A stretch of DNA of 64,000 nt. Source: an uncultured Veillonellaceae bacterium. Lineage in GTDB: Bacteria; Bacillota; Negativicutes; UBA1444. Each line of letters starts with the position of its first letter. Within the stretch, counting starts at the first letter, position 1. The translations under genes and the position numbers were made by a program. Location of the stretch: positions 1,310 through 65,309 of the forward strand of contig CAZFSM010000012.1 in the NCBI GenBank assembly GCA_964521625.1. The letters run 5' to 3'. Under the pieces are notes generated by a model. That model was not told where the DNA came from, searched no databases, and saw only the letters and a program-made list of their open reading frames with translations. Shown here in pieces: positions 63,956 through 64,000 of this stretch.

Positions 63956-64000
63956 TGAAAAAACTTACTCTGCTGCTTACCGTTATGTTCGTGCTGGTAT
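63956..64000 (+). CDS. 5' end of a gene encoding a signal-peptide protein (truncated by the window edge)
   Basis: ATG after GGAGG-N10; MKKLTLLLTVMFVLV is a typical Sec signal peptide. Confidence 0.4.

Overview
This 64 kb window looks like the chromosome of a Gram-positive-type anaerobe (likely Clostridia or Negativicutes, about 55% GC). It is a densely packed, almost entirely minus-strand core region. No CRISPR array, tRNA, rRNA or mobile element was found.

Main gene content, 5' to 3':
- End of an efflux adaptor gene, translationally coupled to a rhomboid protease.
- An 11-gene nuoABCDHIJKLMN complex I operon with no nuoEFG, preceded by a DUF3592-like membrane gene that has no canonical start codon.
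- DUF362 lipoprotein, CoA-disulfide reductase-rhodanese fusion and ferritin.
- A FAD-linked oxidase on the plus strand.
- A purE-purC-purF-purM-purN-purH-purD operon behind a near-consensus promoter and a roughly 290 nt structured leader with an intrinsic terminator.
- guaA, then an extracytoplasmic MsrAB / TlpA-like thioredoxin / CcdA operon.
- A run of DUF genes plus selO (translationally coupled to a DUF2062 gene) directly downstream of groESL. groESL carries a perfect CIRCE operator and promoter.
- A PdtaS/PdtaR-like GAF-PAS kinase with an ANTAR response regulator, whose promoter region holds a cluster of five same-strand DnaA boxes.
- tsaD-rimI-tsaB-tsaE, alr, a GerMN lipoprotein, an amidase, nnr, acpS, a HAD phosphatase and ogt.
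- A NitT/TauT-type ABC transporter operon interrupted by a PstS-like lipoprotein and a transmembrane PAS / PP2C phosphatase / RsbW-like kinase fusion sensor.
- A HisC-like aminotransferase, rubredoxin, a LemA / TPM-domain pair, uvrC and uvrA behind a LexA box.
- A secreted cysteine-rich repeat protein, an orphan DUF2442 gene and a MalT-like LuxR-family regulator.

The most novel-looking items are the DnaA-box cluster, the sensor module embedded in the ABC operon, the cysteine-rich secreted protein, the selO/DUF operon behind groESL and the purE leader RNA. All coordinates were read by eye and may be off by 1-3 nt.
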